Assembly: GCA_002269645.1 (NCBI GenBank)
Contig: NIVC01000461.1
Coordinates: 124,001-188,000, forward strand
Source of the DNA: Macrostomum lignano
Lineage: Eukaryota
DNA: 64,000 nucleotides
Direction: 5' to 3'
The translations under genes were made by a program, and so were the position numbers. The notes under the pieces were generated by a model, which searched no databases, was not told where the DNA came from, and saw only the letters and a list, made by a program, of their open reading frames with translations. Of this stretch, positions 58,926 through 64,000 are shown one piece after another (position 1 is the stretch's first letter; each line of letters opens with the position of its first letter).

Positions 58926-59334
58926 TAGGGTGGATATTCGAATTTATATCTACGCAAATAAAAATAAATCAAAACCCTGATCATTATAACAGCGAATCAA
59001 TTGTTTACAATGATCAATTAGACTAGAAAATTATTGAATAAAAATCAGTTAAATTGGGTACGAGTATATTGTCTCGTATCGTATGCTAGTTAGATCAAAA
59101 TTCAACTACTTACGACAAAGAATATCAGTTTAAAAAATCGATACAGACTACTTCGTTCGTAAGTAGCACACTGTTACAGAAACAAATAAATCAAATCGAA
59201 CATTTTTGTCAATTTGTTCCAGTCGGTAAATCAATGAAACCAAGGTAAATAGGAATTTCCGTTTTCTATTTGGGAATTGGGGACGGGGGTGGCAGCCCAC
59301 CAGAGAATATTTGGACAGGTGGGAACCCTCGGAG

Positions 59335-59495
59335 AGGGATGGCAGCCCTGGGGTGGCAGGCCTGGGGAGGGGTCGCAACCCTGAGGAGGGGTGGCAGCCC
59401 TGGGGAGGGGTGGCAGCCCTGGGGAGGGGTCGCAACCCTGAGGAGGGGTGGCAGCCCTGGGGAGGGGTGGCAGCCCTGGGGAGGGGTGGCAGCCC
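59335..59495. repeat. 19-20-bp G-rich minisatellite
   Basis: Unit ggcagccctggggaggggt. Confidence 0.9.
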
Positions 59496-60080
59496 ACCAG
59501 AGGATCTAGGAAAGGGTGGGACAAGGAACACTGTAGTATAACAGGACTAGTGTCATTTTTGGAGGGTGATTTCCTGGAAAAAATCATTTTTTTCATCAAA
59601 AAATCAACGATTGCAAATGATCTGGGGCAGTGAAGATTACCATTCTTTTGATTTACGGTGCAAAAATGTTGTTGTATTTTATATAGTTGTGTAATGAAAG
59701 TTTCATTTTCATATTGGTCTCTTTTTATTTCAAAATCCCAAGCCAAAAGTTGTAAATACTCATAAGTGAATATTTTTTCTTTTGTTCCTTCTTTTAGATT
59801 TAGATTTAGTTAACTTTAGTAAACTTTGAGAAAACATTTTCGATTTATTTATATAGATTCCTAGACCTGTCTAAATAATTAAATGTAGACTATGTTTACC
59901 AATATCATTTTTTATATTGTTGTTGACCTAGTCTTTAGCAACTTAAGCCAAGGCCTTAGTACAAACGCACTTAATTCAACAAGGAACAATATGAAAATAA
60001 GACCTCCACGGTGTAATCTTTTTAGGAAATCGGCCTCCAAAAATGACACGGATAAAAGTGAGTTATTGAGCGGCGCCAGC

Positions 60081-62114
60081 TCAGCGCGCAGTCGTGCACT
60101 CGCGCACCCAGCCGGCGCACAGATCGGCCATTTCAACTGAATGCTCCAGCACGAAGGCGTGGGCAACGTCGCCTTCGTCTAGTCTGGCGTCGACCTCCGG
60201 GCAGCTGCGACGCATGTCAGCGAAGTATTCGGTGGGACACCAGTGATCGTCAGTGCCGTAGTACAGCAGGATCCGCTGGCTGTGCTGCCTGATGGTGGCC
60301 AAGTCCGGCTGGCGGACGTCCTGCATCTCCGTGTGCGCCATGTACAGCACGTTGCCAAGGACGCTAGGCGATAGCAACAGGCGCTCAGTGGCCGCCACGG
60401 CGCCCGGGTTGGCGTTAGAATGGCCAACTGCGCTGAGACAGCGCGCGGCGAAGCCCCGGCGCCAGGCCAGAGGAATCAGCAGAGACAGCAGGGCGACCAG
60501 CGCCATCGCCAGCCAGCGGAGCGGCGCCAGCGACAGCAGCGGAGCGACGATGCGGCCCTGCGGCGATTCGCGCATCCGCTCGATGGTGGGGAACAGCAGC
60601 AGGCAGCGGGCCACCCTGTCGGTGCCGCGGGCTTGGCGACGAAGCAGCTCCAGGATCATCTGGCACCCGATTGAGTGCCCGATCAGCACCATTTTTGCCT
60701 GCAATGCCGTGCATCAGACACTGGGGCTCCTGAAGTATGGGGATCTGGGAGACTGGGGCTCCTGAAGTATGGGGATCTGGGACACTGGGGCTCCTGAAGT
60801 ATGGGGATCTGGGACACTGGGGCTCCTGAAGTATGGGGATCTGGGAGACTGTGGCTCCTGAAGTATGGGATCTGGGAGACTGGGGCTCCTGAAGTATGGG
60901 ATCTGGGAGACTGGGGCTCCTGAATTATGGGATCTGGGAGACTGGGGCTCCTGAAGTATGGGGATCTGGGAGACTGGGGCTCCTGAAGTATGGGATCTGG
61001 GAGACTGGGGCTCCTGAAGTATGGGGATCTGGGAGACTGGGGCTCCTGAAGTATGGGGATCTGGGAGACTGGGGCTCCTGAAGTATGGGGATCTGGGAGA
61101 CTGAGGCTACTGAAGTATGGGGATCTGGGAGACTGGGGCTCCTGAAGTATAGGGATCTGGGTGACTGGGGCTCCTGAAGTATGGGGATCTGGGACACTGG
61201 GGCTCCTGAAGTATAGGGATCTGGGTGACTGGGGCTCCTGAAGTATGGGGATCTGGGAGACTGGGGCTTCTGAAGTATGGGATCTGGGAGACTGGGGCTC
61301 CTGAAGTATGGGATCTGGGAGACTGGGGCTCCTGAAGTATGGGGATCTGGGAGACTGGGGCTCCTGAAGTATAGGGATCTGGGAGACTGGGGCTCCTGAA
61401 GTATGGGGATCTGGGACACTGGGGCTCCTGAAGTATAGGGATCTGGGTGACTGGGGCTCCTGAAGTATGGGGATCTGGGAGACTGGGGCTCCTGAAGTAT
61501 GGGGATCTGGGAGACTGAGGCTACTGAAGTATGGGAATCTGGGAGACTGGAGCTCCTGAAGTATGGGGATCTGGGAGACTGTGGCTCCTGAAGTTTTGGG
61601 ATCTGGGAGACTATGGCTCCTGAAGTATGGAAATTTGGGATACTGAGCTTCCTGTAATATGAGGATCTGGGAGACTGGGCTTCCTGTAACATGGGGATCT
61701 GAGAGTCTGGAGATATTTTCAAGGCCAGTCATTTGGGGTTGAGAAATTCCCCTGAGAAGACTGGGTGATTACATACAAAATAACTTTGATAGCAGAGCAA
61801 AGTGAGACTTAGCGTCTTACATCTTCAGGTAGAGCAGTTTCCAGGAATTTTACTTTGTGTTCAACTTGCTCAGCAAGAGAAAACTTCTTGCTAGAATTGA
61901 AGGAGTCCCCATGGCCACGATGGCTAAGAGCCCAGACATGGACTTGGCCATCCAGTTTTGTCCAGAGAGAGTGCATGAATTCTTCATAGTAACCCACTAT
62001 TCCTGGATTTCCTGGAATCACAATGGCATACCAGTTGCTATCTAGAGCATCCAACTTATATAAAGAGGCCTCTGACTCAAGATGCCTCATTTTAGGTGAA
62101 ACTTCAGGTGGCAT
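60081..62114 (-). CDS. LDAH: Lipid droplet-associated hydrolase (alpha/beta hydrolase), 2 exons, about 303 aa
   Basis: Exons 62114-61821 (IPGNPG..YY..F, VWALSHRGH, QVEHKVKFL) and 60698-60081 (LIGHSIG nucleophile elbow, LLFPTIERMRESPQG, YYGTDDHWCP, HAFVL), joined by a phase-0 GT-AG intron. The start codon is inferred. Confidence 0.9.
60715..61725. repeat. 31-32-bp minisatellite filling the LDAH intron
   Basis: Unit gggagactggggctcctgaagtatggggatct. Confidence 0.95.
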
Positions 62115-64000
62115 TGACAAAAGTTTTGGCTGGATTGAGCATGCAATAATAGGAAAAACCTTTTTTTGAACAAAGACAAATAAAATTTGTTGTTTTTTAA
62201 TCATAATATTAATTAAATCATATTTACCCAGTAAATTGTCATTCTAAAGAGCATTCTATAAGAATTTTCTTTTAGAAACTAACAATAGTGATTGAATATA
62301 TAAAACTTTCTACCTTTTTATATACATTAATTATAAAAGTTTTTTTCTCATTACCCAATAGGGGCATAGATTTCCAGTATATAAATTTTTACCCATGAAT
62401 ATTAATTATACTAGCTGTCCATACTATAAGAGTAAAAATACATTTAATTTAAGCCTATACAAACATAAACATAAAAAATCACTACTTTTAAGTCTAAGGA
62501 GCTGATGTCATTCATTATTTTAAGAAGTTTAAAATATAGGAAAATTGTAGACCTTGATGCCTTAAGGTCTAAAGCCTACTAAACAAGGATTTAAACTTCT
62601 AGTAATCCCCTAGTATGGTGTTGAAAGTGTTACTAAGATACAAGATGCATCGCTATCAGATTTGATTTTTTGTTGTGTGGATTATGTTTAGCTACCATCT
62701 TTCGTGATCCTTGGCATATGTAAAAAAGACATAATATATAAATCTGATTCATATTCGACGGTATTCCATTTTAAAAAAAAAGCAACAATGTCACAAAGGC
62801 GCATATGATTTATGAATCTAAGAAGGTATAACTCAACTGTAAGTTAGGTAAAAATAAAGAAGCTAAAATTGCAAGAGTTAAGCTTAGGTTAATTCAACGC
62901 TCATAATTTTTTAATGTTTTTACAGAAAATTTCTGGTAAAATCTTACAATCTTCAACATCAATGCTCATTTTTACCTTTACACAAACTTGTGTGACAGCA
63001 GCGTGTTTCGCTTCGTCTTATTCATCACAACATGGCACGACACACAATTTTACGATTCTTGTAAAATTCTGCTTTTAAAGTTTTATTTATAGTACGTAGC
63101 ATAACAAAGTTATTACATTTAAGTCTCAAACTGAGGTTAAAATTTGTACTTAATTGCAAAAAGATTTGCTTTGTGTATATATATTAAGTAAGTTTTATTT
63201 TTTAGCAGAAAGTATTGCTTTAAAAATGTTACCCTTTGACAATTTAGGTTTTAAAATTCTTTCGGATTTTCTAAAATAAAGGTAACATCGATCATAGTTT
63301 TATTTCCTTCTCGTTTTAATGGCTTATTGGCTTTAGCTTTAAATGCTTTATTAGGAAAAGTGCATTGCATAACATTCTCTCATTTTTTATGTTTAACTTA
63401 TGGATAGAGTAGTTTTGTTGTGGAACTTCAAAATTAGCTGGGGTAGTACATTATAAAACTTTTGCTGTTTGTTAGCTCACGCTCATATTGAAAAAAACTT
63501 TTCCTTTGATTTCTGACTTCTTGACAGCTCTTTTAACTAATGGAGAAGGGCCGGACGGATGAAGAATGTTAGCATTAGCTAGAATCGCTTGAGTTCCACA
63601 ATTGAAAAATGGTACTTAAAATATGATTAGGACAGTTTCGCAGACAAATTAATGCACACAGCTTATTTTCCCATTTGTTTACAGTTTGTTCGTACAGCGG
63701 AAAAATTAATGTTTTTTGTACTTATGATTATAGTTTATGGCTGTAAGCAATACAATATTATATGCACGAGTATATTATATGCAGTTTGTTGCTCATCAAT
63801 TTTCAACGAGGCTTATTTTTATAACTGATAGTGATTTTTTAAATATTAAATCTGCCTTTTTAATCCAAAAGTAAGAATACAGTTTATACTTCTTTCTTTT
63901 TCTTTCTTTTATTCGAAATCGCAATTTTCTTTATTCTAAATAGCTAATTGTACTAGAATCCTTTCTTAAAATAACTTTCTATCATTGAGTAGTTTTTTGG

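Noticed and set aside
55576-59026. CIQIGEF / LVNSVFR ORFs
   Set aside because: 21-bp satellite with frame-switching extra T residues; no coding evidence.
60683-61732. 349-aa and 265-aa minus-strand ORFs
   Set aside because: Minisatellite within the LDAH intron.

Overview
Eukaryotic (metazoan) genomic DNA with GT-AG introns, GC-rich exons and introns full of micro- and minisatellites. The composition suggests the flatworm Macrostomum lignano or a relative; this is inference only. Most ORFs in the supplied track are repeat artefacts. Manual splicing recovers seven host genes and one tyrosine-recombinase element: (1) a Crypton-type tyrosine recombinase with a 71-nt intron (-); (2) a 10-exon KSR/Raf-like pseudokinase (+), with (3) an intronless sphingomyelin-synthase-family gene nested antisense in one intron; (4) a 3-exon gene of unknown function (+); (5) a shootin-1-like gene (-); (6) a secreted WIF-domain protein with no recognisable EGF repeats and a long Arg/Lys-rich tail (-); (7) a secreted multi-copy peptide precursor that is invisible in the ORF track (+); (8) LDAH (-). 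The standout is gene 7. Each of its nine KR-flanked peptide copies (consensus FSAPQAFDW) sits on its own symmetric phase-2 microexon of 36 or 39 nt, spread over about 5 kb. The window also holds two tRNA-derived SINE families, MITE-like foldbacks, an enriched CCATAGAC terminal motif and a 1,630-bp higher-order satellite duplication.
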